64,000 nucleotides of DNA from Lama glama (lineage: Eukaryota), in contig CM052817.1 of assembly GCA_028534125.1 (NCBI GenBank), positions 22,384,001-22,448,000 on the forward strand, in the 5' to 3' direction. The notes under the pieces were generated by a model. It did not search any database, was not told the DNA's origin, and was given only the letters and a program-made list of their open reading frames with translations. Position 1 is the first letter of the stretch. Each line of letters opens with the position of its first letter. The position numbers were made by a program, and so were the translations under genes. Shown here one piece after another: positions 23,871 to 37,469 of the stretch.

Positions 23871-26400
23871 AAGGGGAAGCCATTAGAACTGCTTCTCTCT
23901 TAGAAAACAGTAAACCTGAAGCAATACTGCATCCCAAAGGGATTGCAATGATTAGTGCTACCATTAAGGACTTAAAGGATGCAGGGGTGCTGATTCCTAC
24001 CTTATTACCATTAAACTCTGTGGGGAATGGACTATAGAAGATGATTAATTTTGGAGAGTAACAGTGGATTATCACCAGCTTAAATAGGTGGTAATTTCAA
24101 TCGCTGTTGCTTTAACAGAAGTGGTTTCATTTTGAGTTAATTAACGCATCCCTTGGTACCTAGGAAGTAGCTTTTGATCTGGAAAATGCCTTTTTCTCCA
24201 TTCCTGTCAAAAAGATCCACCAGAAGGAGTTTGTTGTCAGCTTGCAAGGCCACCTTCCTTGCTCTACATTAGGCATGTATTAACCCTTCAGCCTTAGGTC
24301 ATAATTTAGTCCACAGGGGTCTTGATTTCCTTTCCCTTTTATAAGAAGTCACACTGGTCCAATATGTCAATCATTTTATTCTGATTGGATCAAGTGAGAA
24401 GGAAATAGCAACTACTTCAGACTTATTGATTAGACATTTACATGTGGGAAATAAATCCAGCTGAAATTCGGGGGCCTTCTACCTCAGTGATATTTTTAGG
24501 GTTGAGTAGCATGGGTCCCGTAGAGATATCCTCTCTGAGGTGAAGGATGGGTTCTTACATCTGGCCCCTCATGCAACAGAAAAAGATGTACCACACCTGG
24601 TGGGCCTCTTTAGATATTGGAGGCAACATATTCGTCATTTGATTGTAATTCTTTGGCTTATATACTGGGAGTCCTGAAATGTCACTAAATTTAAGTGGGA
24701 TCGAGAACAGCAGAAGGCTCTGAAATGGAGCCAGGATGCATATACATTTCTCTGCCACTTCTGCCATATGACCCAGAAGACGCAATGGTGCTTGAAGTGT
24801 CAGTGGCAGAGAGCGGTTCTCTCTGGAACCTTTCGCAGGCCTCTATACATGAATCACAGCACAGGCTCTTAGAGCTTTGGGTAAAGCCCTGCTATCCCCC
24901 ACAGACAACTGCTTTTCTTTTGAGAACCAGCACTTGACATACTACTAAGCTTTAGTAGAGACTGAACATTTAACCATGTGCCACCCAGTTACCATGCAGC
25001 CTGAGCTGCCTTCATGAACTGGATGTTATCTGACCTATCAAGTCATAAATGTGGGCGTGCCCAGGAACACTCCATCATCAAATGGAAGGGGTATATACAT
25101 GTTTGGGCCCAAGCAGGACTTGAAAGTACGCGTAAGTTATATAAAGAAGTGACCTAAATGGTCCCCACTCTTGCTACGCTGCTTTCTGTCTCTTAAGCTG
25201 TACCTATGGCCTCATGGGAAATTCTCTGTGATCAACAACAGAGGAAAAGGAGCCTCAGGCCTGGTTTACAGAAGGCTCTCCACAACAAGCAGGCACCACC
25301 CTAAAGTGCACAGATCAGCATTACAGCTCCTCTCTGGGACACCGCTGAAGGGCAGTTTTGAAATAAATTCTTCCCAGTGGGCAGACATTCTAGCAGTGCA
25401 ACTGCTCCGTTCAATTGGCTTGGAAGGTGAAATAGGCAGATATGCAATTACGTATTAATTTGTGGGCTGTGGCTAGTGGTTTGGCTAGATGATCAGGGAA
25501 TTAGAAGGAACATGATTGGGAAATTAATGACAACAAAATTTGGGTAAGGAGTATGTGGGAAGACCTCTCTGAATGGCTAAAAATCTTGAAGAAATTTGTA
25601 TCATCAAAGGGTGACATCAGCACAAGAGGATTTAAATAATTAAGCAATAGGATGAACTGTTCTGTGGATGCTAGTCAGCTTCTTTCTCCAGCCACCCTGT
25701 CATTGCCTGGTGGGCTCAGGAACAAAGTGGTAATGGTGGCAGAGAAGTAGGTTATACACATAATCAGCGACATGGACTTCCACTCACCAAGGACAACCTG
25801 GCTCTGGCCGCTGCCGAGTGCCCAAAATGCCAGCATCAGAAGCCAATGCCAAGCCCCCAGTATGGCACCATCCCTAGGATGATCAGCCAGATACCTGGTG
25901 GCAGATTACACTGGACTGCTTCCATCATGGAAAGACAGTGTTTTGCTCTTACTGAAATAGACACTCCGAATACAGAGTTTCTTTCCCTGCGCACAATAGT
26001 TCTGCCAAAACTATCACCTGTGGATTGCCTGTCCTCAGTCACAGTATTCCACACATTACTTCTGCCCAAGGAACTCCCTGCACAGAGAAAGGGGTCTAGC
26101 AATGGGCCCATGCTCGTGGAAGCCACTGGTCTTATCATTTCCCCCACTGCCCCAAAGCAGCTGGTTTGATAGATCAGAGGAATGGCTTTTTGAATACTCA
26201 GTTACCGTGCCTGCTGGGTGGTAACACAAGCAGGTCTGGAGCAGGGTCCTCGAGAAGGCTGTATATGCTCTGAGTATGGATCAGAGATAGGGTGCTGCTT
26301 CTCCCGTAGCCAGGATTCACAAGTTGAGGAACCAAAGGGTAGAAGTGAGAGCAACACCACTCACCATTGTCTCTAGGGACCCACTAGCAAAAGTTTTGCT
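23870..26400 (+). pseudogene. pol: Degenerate ERV-L pol (RT, RNase H, integrase)
   Basis: DLENAFFSIPV from 24176; LVQYVNHFILIG at 24354 (decayed YIDD); AWFTEGS at 25259 (RNase H); WAQEQSGNGG...ECPKCQ from 25711 (integrase zinc finger, both His lost). Confidence 0.9.
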
Positions 26401-26419
26401 TCCCGTTCCCATGACCTTG

Positions 26420-26730
26420 TGCTCTGCTAGCCTAGATGTCTTAGTTCAAGAGCAAGAGATGTTTATCCAGGTGACACAACATGCCCTTTGAATTCTAAGT
26501 TAAGACTGCCACCTGATCACTTTGGAGTCCTCATGTCTATGAGTCAATAGGCAAATAAGGGTATTGTTGCTTGGGGTGACTGGTACTGACTACCAAGGGG
26601 AAATACTCTTGGAAATACTCCACAATGGACAAAAGAAAGAGTATTCTAAAGTCCAGGGGATCCCCTAAGGGGGTGTCTCTGGTATTACCATATCCTCTGA
26701 TTAAGATGAATGTACAATTACATCAACCCA
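26420..26730 (+). pseudogene. dut: Degenerate ERV-L dUTPase
   Basis: LNSKLRLPPDHFGVLMSMSQ*ANKG from 26488 and DYQGEI near 26588; position 3' of integrase is characteristic of ERV-L. Confidence 0.85.
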
Positions 26731-27199
26731 ATCCAGGCAGTGTACTAATTACTCAGTCTCTTTAGGAATAAATATTTGACTCACCCCATCATGTGAAAAA
26801 TCATGACCAGCTGAGGTACTTGTTGAAGGCAAAGGTAATACAGAATGAGTAGTGAATGAACATTGTTATAAATACCAGCCATGATCATGTGACAGTTACA
26901 GAAATGAAGACTGTAATTGTCACGAGTATTTCCTTCTTATTTTACTATGAACATGTTTGTGCACGTTTGTGTACATGTGTAGCAAATCTCTATTTTCTTT
27001 CCTCTCTCCTTTATCTTGTAATATAAAATGTGTTGATATTATAGTACTTAAGTTAAAGGATATCCAGAAGTGTAAACATCTCTTATGGACTTTACCTCCC
27101 ATACTGAGGAAGGGTTAGATCGATTTTGGTTGTGTGCAGAATAGTTGTATCATGTTAGGTAGAATTAGGACCTTGTTATTGTCTTTATTTGGAGATTAA

Positions 27200-28235
27200 A
27201 TAAGCTACATTAAAAAGATGAAAAAAAATCAAGATCAGTTGGGCTCATCCATGCTTAAGAGGAAAGTTTGTTTTCTGCCTTCCCCTTACCACATGCTTAT
27301 CAATCAATGCTGTTGGCTAAGATTTCAGCTTGGATTATTGACCAGAGCATCAAACTGTGGCCTCCTTCACTACCCACTTGAGATTTGTAACTTCTGCTGT
27401 TTAAGAGGCTTGCCTTGTAGGTAACACAGACATTTATCCAGAAGTTGTCTGAGTTCCTGCTTACTACCCCCTAAACAGGACTTCTTTCCTATAATGCCCC
27501 ATTTACACTTAATGCTGTACACAGGAGTACCAAAAATGTGCTAATGGATTACCTGAGTTCCAGGATATTTCATCGTGTCTCCATCACGTAGCAGCCGTGC
27601 TACCACATCCAGATGGTTCATGGGACTCTGTGCACTCTGGAGAAAGCTTCTTCTTTTAGCACCTAGAAACATTAAAACTACAGAGCCTAAGGTTACAAGA
27701 ACAGGGAACTCAAATTACCCAAGTGGGTCACTGGGAATGATGGAGAACAATCAATCCTATTTGAAATGTTCAAGGACATCTAATCAAATGTCCTACCTCC
27801 AAATATCCTATTTCTTCCCTATCAGGGCTTAGGAAACTGCTCTCCTCTGAGAACTCAGCCTTATTGGAATTTATGCTCACCGTACTCACGCTTAGGTCTC
27901 CAATTCTGTCTGAAGATGAGTGCCTCCCTAAAGGTTGACTCAGAGGTAGTCTGGATCTTGAATTTCCCTTATTAACAGATTGCTTCTTACATCAGTGTTA
28001 CTTAACAATAGTCACTCAATTTCCTAGCTCATTTGGTTACTCTTTCCTTTTAACTCTCAAATGTTAACAACAATATACCAGATTATATTACCCCTGCTCC
28101 CCATCTCCATTCACCACAGGTAAAAATCTTGGAAGTCCCACTGCTACAACTTTCCAAGGACGATCGATGACACACCTACCATCAATGATGGGGTCTTCAT
28201 TACCACACGGCGACTGAGTGGTCCATTTCCAGAAT
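27200..28235 (-). mobile_element. Probable ancient ERVL internal fragment (leader/gag side) of the adjacent LTR16-like LTR
   Basis: Adjacent to the LTR 3' end; composition resembles the 9.4-11.7 kb relic; no clear protein motif. Confidence 0.4.
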
Positions 28236-28732
28236 GCCATGGTTAGAGTCTGCTTCCTAGGAGAATTCCTGGCACAGAAGTTTGAGGTTAAGTTCCTTTG
28301 AGCTTGAGACAGGAGTTCTTGAAGGAAGTGCTTTGTTGAGGAGATTTTCTCATAAGAAGGGGATGAAGGAAAGCAGGGAAGAACAGAGGATGAAAGCTAA
28401 GGAAGTAAGTGATCTTGGCCGAAGACCAGCTTCAGCCTGGTTTCAAGAGAAGCTCTGCTGCACAAGCTGTACTGCAGAATCATGCCCACCTAAATGCGAG
28501 AGAACAGAAATGTTTTTAACCACGACCTCAGTTCAGTCAGCCACTGACCTGACTATCCCAGAAAGAGGGTAATCATAATTTTGGGATGAGGCAGCTCCTG
28601 GCTGGCTGCATCAATTCCCCAGAGAAGGTGGTGGTTAGGAGTCTTTAGCAGCTAACATGCTTACCAGCTGGGTGATATATGCATCTGACAGACTCATTGA
28701 GAATCCATGCAGGGCATTAATAACATCACCAA
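28236..28732 (-). mobile_element. LTR16-family ERVL LTR
   Basis: ccagcttcagcctgg...gaagctctg...cagtcagccactgac...gaggcagctcctg...cagctgggtgatatatgcatc. Confidence 0.65.
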
Positions 28733-31019
28733 TGAAATAAGGGTTTGGGGAAATGGAAAAAAATTTTTTTTCCAGTGATGGGAGGAAATGATGCAATATT
28801 TCTGAAGGGACATTTGGAAATAAAGGATGAAAGACACTAAAGCATTATGTGCCTTGATGTGGATGTGACTAAATTCACAACAGAGAACTTAATGCTCTTT
28901 AACAAAGCAAATCTACTGTGCTGAAAGGTCCTTATGAAACTATGTACACAAATGTGTGAATATGTATAAAAAATATGTTCATAAAACAATGTTTATAAGA
29001 GCATGTTTTGAAAGGGTTATTTCAAGAATGAAGAATTGATTAAATAATCCTGTTATTTTATTATTATCCAATATTATGATAGAAATATCAATAAATCTCT
29101 GTTATCTCTATGGCTGTATGTTATGTACATAAAAGATAAAATAAGTTGTTAAATTTTTATAATAGATATTTATTGTTCTATATCCTTAAAATCTCTTTAT
29201 ATAAAAACACGCAAAGAAATTCTGTAAAGAAACATATCTGAGGGCTTTTTAACATATTCTAAAAAAGTATAAGACTCAAAATAACCTAAGATTCATGAGT
29301 CTCATAAGATTTGCCCCCAAAGTTTAAAAGCAGTTAATGCCTGGAGGGTAATATTTTGGGCATGACTGACTCTAGCCAGAACACATGTGTATAATGTCAT
29401 TTACAGAGAGTGTCCAAATATGTGGCTTATGGGTTTTCAATATGCTTAATTGGTATAGCAATTATAATTGGTATATTTTTCTTAATTTCAAGGATCTTTT
29501 CAGTATATTCTAATGAAATAACTTCTAGTGTTTGAACTCCCAAGGAAAGTTAGAAAACTGAATGCTGACATAAAATTTTATTCTTCAGGAATACATAAAC
29601 ATACTTTTTATATTTGGCATAAAAATGAAGATGTGTAAAATGGATAGAGGAATATAGGACCAGTATCATATGAAGGACAGCCACTATCACCTAGGAGAAA
29701 AAACATTTCTTTCCATCCATGAGTCTGTATGGGTGGATGCTCTAAAAAAAATCAAGTTGTTCTTTTGTGGCTTTAGAGTTCACACATTTCATCACTCTAG
29801 CTTCTGAGGTGATAGCATATTATTGTTACCTTACTTGGAGACAGGTTAAATATTCAGTAGCTATAAGTAAAAATCTGATGTGAAATGGTTCTTCAGAAAG
29901 ATTTTTCATTTTCTAAATGATTGAAGTCATTCCATTTGTTTTCCTTCCCAGTAATAATCAATCAATAGTCTTCAAAATATAGATATGCATGATAATGTAA
30001 CATGGGCTTTAAATGGCAAAAATAGATGTGTAATCAATATTTCTCAAGTATTTGAGCAAAGAGAACACCATAAAATGTAAATATGGTGCTAGCATTGTTT
30101 ACTGTTATGTCCAGAAGTCTCTATTCTTCTTTTCAATAGAGCATCGTTTTTTTCATTTTTGGATGACATATGCAGGTGTGTGCCCCAGCTGCATTAGAAA
30201 ACGGGACAGATTCTTGTTTTTACCTCTTCAGCTTTGCTGGTGGTTAATTACATGATATCAACTTAACAACAAAAAAAAGCACTCTTCTAATAAATTCTGA
30301 ATCTTGAATGAGGCTTGCAATAATAGAAACAATGACATAATTGGATTAATGTCATACTCAAAATTTCAAATAATGCTGGGAAGGTGATTCCTAGCACATA
30401 CACTTTTAATTTTCTAATTTGACCAATGCAAAGAAAGGGCAGATGGAGGAAAATATAGTAAGAATAACTTGCTATTATTTCAAATGTGGTCTTTTTATTG
30501 CAGTCAGTGAATTCACTTTATGATAGTTGATATGCAGCTAGTGAACAGGGAAGTTATGTTTTTGTTCTACATTTAGCTAGACTGAAAATATCCTAAATTA
30601 TTTTGTTTTCATTTGGCAGAGATAGCTTATACCTTAAGCTTGTTGCCTTAGATATATATGAACTCTCCAACCCTCAGTTACAATTTAGCCCATAAAGAAT
30701 CATAATCATTTCTATATTTCAAAAGATATCATATTGATCCACTAAATTAACGACATAGGACTTAATATTAAATATAGAAAGTATGTAGTAGCACATACAA
30801 TACTTCCTAAGTTAAGACACATGTGTGTTAGTGAATTGAAAATTAATCCCACAAAAAGTTCAGGAGCTAAAAGTGAAATGTCTGAGTAAGGGTCGCTTGA
30901 ATGTTTTGGAATTATTTTTGCTACTGATCTATGAACAAGCTTGAGTGATGTAGTCATACGGTTAAGATTCTGGGAACTTAATTAAAATAACATTGGAAGT
31001 TAATTTGATTCTTTTTATT

Positions 31020-32878
31020 TAGGGAGAAATGAAGTTGTCTTTGTTTAGAGATGGTAGGATTTTATTTACAGAAAATCAACAAATTCAGTAAAGTTGCCAG
31101 ATACAAAAATAACATACATAAATCAGTTGCATTTCTATACACTAACAATGAAACATCTGAGAAAGAAATAAAGAAAACAATCCCATTCACAATAGCATCA
31201 AAAACAATAAAGTACTTAGGAATACATTTAACCAAGGAGGTGAAAGATGTACAATGAAAATTGTAAGAATTTGATGAAAGACATTAAAGAAGATGCTAGT
31301 AGTTGGGAGGTATCCTGTGTTCATGGGTTGAAGTGATTAATACTGTTAAAATGTCCATATTACTTAAATTGAATTACTTAAATTGGAACTAAAATATTTA
31401 AATTGAATTCAATTGGATCTATCAATTCAATGCAGACTGTACTAAAATTTCAATTTTTCACAGAAACAGTAGAAACAACTCTAAAATTCCTAGGGAACCA
31501 TGAAAGTCCCCACATCTCCCAAGCAGTCTGGAGGAAGAACAAAACCAGAGTCATTACATTTCCTGATTTCAGACTTCCTGATTACTACCAAGCTATAGTA
31601 ATCAAAGCAATGTGGTACTAGCATAAAAATATACACATAGAACAATGGCACAGAATTGAGAGTCCCCAAATAAACCCTTGCATATCTGGTCAACTAATAC
31701 TGACAAAGGAATCAAGAATATTGAATAGGGAAACAAATATTCTCTTTACTAAACGGTTTTAGAGAAACCAGATAATCACACTGAGAAGAATGAATTTAGA
31801 GCTCTATCTTAAACCGCTCATGAAAGTTAACTCAAAATGGATTAAATACTTAAACATAAAATCTGAAACCATAAAACTCCTAGAAGAAAACATACGATGC
31901 CAAAAGCACAAGCAACAAAAGCAAAAATAAATGAGTGCAACTTATCAAATTAAAAAGTTCTTCACAGCAAAAGAAACAACAAAATTAAAAAGCAACTATA
32001 GAATATGAGAAAATATCTGCAAATCATATATCTGTTCAGTGGTTTATATCCAAAATATGTAAGAAACTCATGTAACTGAATAGCAAAAAAAATCTGATTA
32101 AAAATGGGCAGAGGAACTGAACAGATATATGTCTAAAAAAAGACATACAGATGACCAACAGGCACATGAAAGACACTCAACATCATCAATCAATAAGGAA
32201 ATGCAATTCAAAACCAAAATAAGATATATCACAACTGTTAGAATGGCTGTTATCAAGACGACAAGAAATTATAAATGTTGACTAGCATATAATGAAAAAG
32301 GAACCCGTGTGTACTGCTGGTGGGAATGTAAATGGGTACAACCACTATGGAGAATAGTTTTATTATGTGTGGAATATTATTCAGCTACAAGAAAGGAAGA
32401 AATCCTGCTGTTTGGGACAACATAGATGGACTTTGATGGCATTATGTTTGGTGAAATAAGTCACAGAGAGAAAGACAAATGATCTTACTGTATGATCTTA
32501 CTTAACTGTGGAATCTAAAATAGCTGAATTCATAGAAACAGAGAGTAGAATGGTGGTTGCCCAGGGTTTGAGGGTGGGGGAAATGGGGAAATGTTGGTCA
32601 AAGTGTACAAATTTCCAGTTATAAGATGAGTAAGTCCTAATGCTGTAAAGTACAGCATAGTGATTATAGCTAACAGTACTGTATTATATATTTAAATATT
32701 TCTAAGAGAGTAGATCTTAACTGTTCTCAACAAAAAAGGAATTGTAATTATGTGAGGTTGATGGAGGTGTTAACACTACTGTGGTGAATATTTAGCAATG
32801 TGTAGTATCAAATCAACACATTGCACCTTAAACTTATGCAATTTCATATATTAATATCTCAGTAAAGTCCAGAAAATA
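31020..32878 (+). mobile_element. 5'-truncated L1 (L1MA/L1MB-type) with internal deletions
   Basis: ORF 31051-31257 [24 protein letters not shown]...[23 protein letters not shown] (ORF2p RT region); YYQAIVIKAMWY; 3' UTR ends atctcagtaaag. Confidence 0.95.
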
Positions 32879-32879
32879 T

Positions 32880-33490
32880 AAACACATATATTCTTTGACC
32901 CAGTTATTCTAGATTGTGATATACATTTTGGAGAAGCATTTATATATTTTAACAAAGAAGTTCATACCAAAAATATGAAACATTAATTTTATTAATAATA
33001 ACAACCAAAAGTAAAAATGAAACTAAGCAAATCTATAAATATCCTATATGCTGTAAGTAATGAAATGGACAAATGACTTATATGTTATCTATGTTGTATA
33101 GCAATTAAGGAGAGTAAGTGTGATTCAAATGGATTAATATAGAAACACATAGAAGATATTTTATTTAATAAAAAAATCAACTAAGAAAATGTACAGTAGC
33201 ATGCCCTCTATAAACCAAAGCATACAGTGCTACTATATTTGTAAATATACATATTTCTCTTTCTCTTTATCTGTATCTCTATCAGTATTTACCTATTTAT
33301 CCATCTATCCACGTATCTTTATCTGGATAGATAAACCAAAGTAATGACTGTGGCTAATTCTTGGAAGAAATTGAAATTGAAGGTGTTTGTCAAGGGGAAA
33401 TTTTGCTTCATATATAATATTTGAATTTTTCTTTTTAAAGAGGATAACATACTCATGTATGATTTATACAATCAAAATTAATTTTTAAAT
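32880..33490 (+). mobile_element. Very old L1 (L1ME-type) 3' end
   Basis: catatattctttgacccag...gataaaccaaagtaatgactgtggcta...aggataacatactcatgtat. Confidence 0.55.
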
Positions 33491-35652
33491 AAGAGAAAAT
33501 TTAAGTGAATTGCCCAAGGTAAAAAAGCCAATTAGCACCCAAGTCAAAATTAAAACCTAGGAATTCTGACACTTAACAATATTAACTAATTTTCTTATGC
33601 CACATTCTAGCAAATGACCAATTTTCATTAAGCATTTCAATGGGAAAGAAAATTAAAAATTAATTACATCCAAGTTAAGATGGGGGTGAAAACACATTTT
33701 CCATCTATGCCATATTTTGTATTAGTTAAATGATTTTGCTAGTATTAAAGCTGGTTTTTGGAAGAAGGTTAATGAGGCATTCCCACAAATTTGTAATGAG
33801 CACAGGACAGGTAACTTCGTTCTTCCTCTCAGCTAGACGTTTTCAAACATTAATATATAAAGAATCGTTGAAGTATTGGTTAAAATGAGAGTTTCCCAAG
33901 TCCAATTCCAATAAAGTCTGAAGTAGTTGATCTGAGCAGTTCCAAGGAGGCCACAAGGTATGTCAGGCCACCAGTCCAAGTAATTCTGATTTGGTTTCCT
34001 AAGGGTCCTATTCCCAGATAGCTCAAAACTCATTGCTGCTACTTGAATGAAAGCGAATATATGGCTCCCAACTATAGAAACCCAACAATATTAAAAAAAG
34101 TAGAGGGCTGAAGGGGAAGCAGAGAGTGACATTCCTTAAGAAGAGCTGAGTCCTAGTGATCCAAAATGAGTTCTCAGGGATTATTACCCATCTGAGGCAG
34201 CATGTGCCCTTTTTATGAAATCAGTTGTATATTGGGCATTCTTACAATATCGGTTTAAAACCAACAAATTCAAAGGCCCAAGCTTCACAAAGGTATTCAT
34301 GTCCTCCTTTCCTTTTTTATTCAAATTTTTCTCCTTTTGGTGACAACCTTTAAAAATAATACTTAATTTATCAATTAAAAAACACTTTAAAGAAGAAAAT
34401 TAAACAAAATGAAACAATAAGAGTTCCATATTAATAGGACCTTAACATGACCATTTCATGCCTTTAAAATATAAATATGCAAAAAAAAATCTTGCAAAGG
34501 GACATTTATTTGCCATTCATTGAATATGTTCAGTGATCATTTCTTCCAAAAGGTAGTCTCTGAAGAACATCTCCTGTTCACTCCTACCTTCTCCCTCTGC
34601 CTTTGTGATGGAAATTATTTTATTTCATGTAACATTTTTCCCTCTTTGGAATGGTGGTTGATTTCAACTCTTGGTCCTTTGAAAGTGTACTTCAATGTAA
34701 AAGAGAAAAAAAGATGCTATCAGATTTTCCTAGTTATTTGAAGAGGGAGGGTAGAAGGAATGTTTACTTGATTTTTGCATGGTAAGTATAACTTTCTTAT
34801 GAGCCCTTTTAATTCTATGAACATTTTCTACTCAGGTTTTGTGCAATGGAATTATAGCCACTCTTTGTAAATCCATTTAAAATCAATCTTCTGGATGAAT
34901 ACTTTTTGTTATAGCATAGATTACCATATTCCTCCCAAAGACATATTGATTTCCTCCTCTTTAAAAAAAAGTCCACTCAATTTTTCAAAGCACTTGGCTA
35001 TAGTAACGGCAATGCTGATTTAATTACATGCAGTAAAGCTCTATTGGCCACAACCTGTTGCTGTCTTCTGTAAGCTCTGCTTCTATTTTTCTGGAAGGCA
35101 AATGCAAAAGAGCCATTTTTATCACTGTCTGATTATGTAGCCATTATATACAGTTAAATTTACTACAATAATCCAGACTAAAATAATAGAAAGTTTTACA
35201 ACCAATTTATATAGAATGTGAAATCTGTGAGACATTTACCCCAGAGATAAAACCAATGCTTCTATGTATTTAGAAATACAAATATGAGAATATTCCAATA
35301 TACATTTTCAGTATTGATGTATGTATGTTGGTAAGTATTACAGGAGTACGGCAATAACAAATCTTTTCTTATTGGTTGTTTTCTAAGTTTTCTTAACAGG
35401 TTGTTAGTTTCCTGAGGTTCTGAATCTTAACATCATGCCTAATACTTTATTCAAAATATCACTGTATTTCCAACTTCAGAAAGACTTTTCTTTTATTGCG
35501 CTGCAGTATATATAAAACTCATACATATTGAACAAAAGTGCAGAATATATAATACACAGAATATATGATTAATGTAAATATATAGGTATATATAGGTACA
35601 CATACAAAAACGTGCATATACACACACACATGTATAAATCCAAATATATATT

Positions 35653-35826
35653 AAGTGGTGTACTGGGTCCAATCAGCCTCCAGTTGGTAATTTAAGACTG
35701 GCAATGATAGGAGTATTTATATCACAGACACTGACAAACTTTAAAAATCAGGGTTTGGTGGAGATTTTAATGCTGTCTTCTTTATTCTCAGAAAGCTGAT
35801 AGTTAAACATTACCGGCATGCTACTG
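35653..35826. mobile_element. MER63-like hAT-Blackjack DNA transposon
   Basis: Imperfect TIRs agtggtgtactgg / ccggcatgctactg; internal ggagtatttatatcacagac...aaatcaggg...gttaaacattacc. Confidence 0.75.
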
Positions 35827-36553
35827 TGCACACTGCATTCATTTGAAATGAATATGTTTATTTCTGATCATAAAAATTAATTGTTGCATGAAATGATTGG
35901 GGCATTTACTACTCTTCCGATCTGTAACATTTAGCAAGTAGTGGCTCCAATCTTGTGTCTAGTGGGTAGCGGGTAGCTTCTCCTGTGCTGGTTGCCTCCT
36001 GTTGTACAGTAATGTTGGACATCCCCAACCGCCTGTCAGGGATATCGGTCTTTTATTAGGAGTTCTTGCAAAGAAGTTCATTATGTTTTGGCAGGTTGCA
36101 AATACCACAGAAATTATCCAAGGCATTAACTCTCTTTTTCTGGTTAGGATATTTGGCTCCTCACAGGTTAATCCTGGTACACAATGTAATCTTGTTTTCA
36201 TGTTTTTGGATTTTTTTTTTCAGGATAAATTACTCTACTGAATGCACAAAGCAGTTTTAAGGCAAGATCTTTCCAGATCAGTGGTGTAGAGAAAAAGGAG
36301 AGAACTGCCACATTTCTCTTTTCTACCTATTTTCATTCAATTTCATAAGAATGGTTAAATTTGAAATTATGATCACAAAATTCAGTTCAAGGGAAAAAAA
36401 CATCAACTTTTCTGTTCACAAGAAGCTCATCATCTACTATAGAGGTGGATATCAGATAGAATTGGATAGAATGTGGTACTGGATAAAACTGACAGTTTTT
36501 CTGATGTTTCTTGATGGAGGAATAGGGGATTCTCAAATCATCACTATTGGCTC

Positions 36554-37116
36554 TATCTGGTGAAAACAAATACAAATGTAGGTAAAAGGGAGACTTTATT
36601 TAAAAAGGTTATCATAATAGGGGAGAGGGATTATTGCAAAAAGTAGAAAGCTCCAGCTTATCTGAAGATCTGCAGAAGTATCATAGGTGAGGAGGAAAAA
36701 AGCTTGTATTTTATGAGGACTAAACAATGCTAGGAAGAACTGGATATGTGGGAGTGGGATTGGTGTGATGGGATAGCTGATCTGAGAATATTTTTCCTTG
36801 TCATCAACAGCTTTTCGGAAGGGTTCCTTTGAGTAAGGGTTGTTCGAATTCCAGTGCAAGACTTTTCTCCAGATCAGGTGATGGAATCAAACAGTTTAGT
36901 TCATCACTTGTGTGATCTAGAATGAGTATTTGAAGGGTCTGTGTCTGGCCTGTCACAAGTAAACTCATTTATAAATGTCTCATCTAAGTGATATGAGGAG
37001 GATACTTCTTTACTGTAGAATTTTTTGTAGGGACAAAAAGTCTTGGGGAGGGGCAGATTTGGTGTCAATACCAGTTTTACAGGAGCACAGGGCTCAGATA
37101 AAGTTCAACATTGTCA
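36554..37116 (-). mobile_element. ERV1 solo LTR, MER31-like
   Basis: Minus strand begins TGACAATGTTGAACTTTATCTGAGCCCTGTGCTCCTG; 4-bp TSD GCTC at 36550-36553 and 37117-37120; antisense poly(A) signal near 36595. Confidence 0.75.
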
Positions 37117-37265
37117 GCTCCTTTTTTTACAGATTTTAGTCTAGTCAAAATTTTTGTTGTTGACTTATAGAATTTGATTCTTACAACTTGATATGAAATA
37201 TTTTATGACTCACATTTCTTAAAGTATCAATCATGTAGGTAGTAGATTGTTCATACAAGTGATGG

Positions 37266-37323
37266 CATTATGCTGTATACCAGAAATTGATACATTGTAA
37301 CTTACTATACTTCAAAAAAAAAA
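37266..37323 (+). mobile_element. Extremely 5'-truncated young L1 3' end with poly(A)
   Basis: attatgctgtataccagaaattgatacattgtaac + A-run; TSD AAGTGATGG at 37257-37265 and 37324-37332. Confidence 0.85.
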
Positions 37324-37469
37324 AAGTGATGGAAAATGAGCAGATGCTCAAACATAAGGCTGAGATTCAATGCACTAGTGGTGGAAGTCAAAACATCTTT
37401 TGAATTTATTTCTATGGCTTTATTTGCATATCTTGCTGAAAGTTAGCAACTTTTATTTTTCTTGTTTTA

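Larger units (their letters stand above)
21823..27199 (+). mobile_element. ERV-L (HERV-L-like) internal region: gag-pro-pol-dUTPase, no env, 3' LTR missing
   Basis: Leader atttgggggactgagagtagttctagaagaacagaattt follows the LTR; collinear domain motifs listed in the next entries; ends ccttgttattgtctttatttggagattaa just before the expected polypurine tract. Confidence 0.93.

Noticed and set aside
21900..26730. Possible domesticated ERV-L gene (Fv1-like gag or dUTPase)
   Set aside because: No ORF above about 110 aa; stops, frameshifts and lost catalytic residues in every domain
31358..31416. Repeated ttacttaaattg units inside L1 ORF2
   Set aside because: Small slippage duplication in a dead L1; no evidence of function
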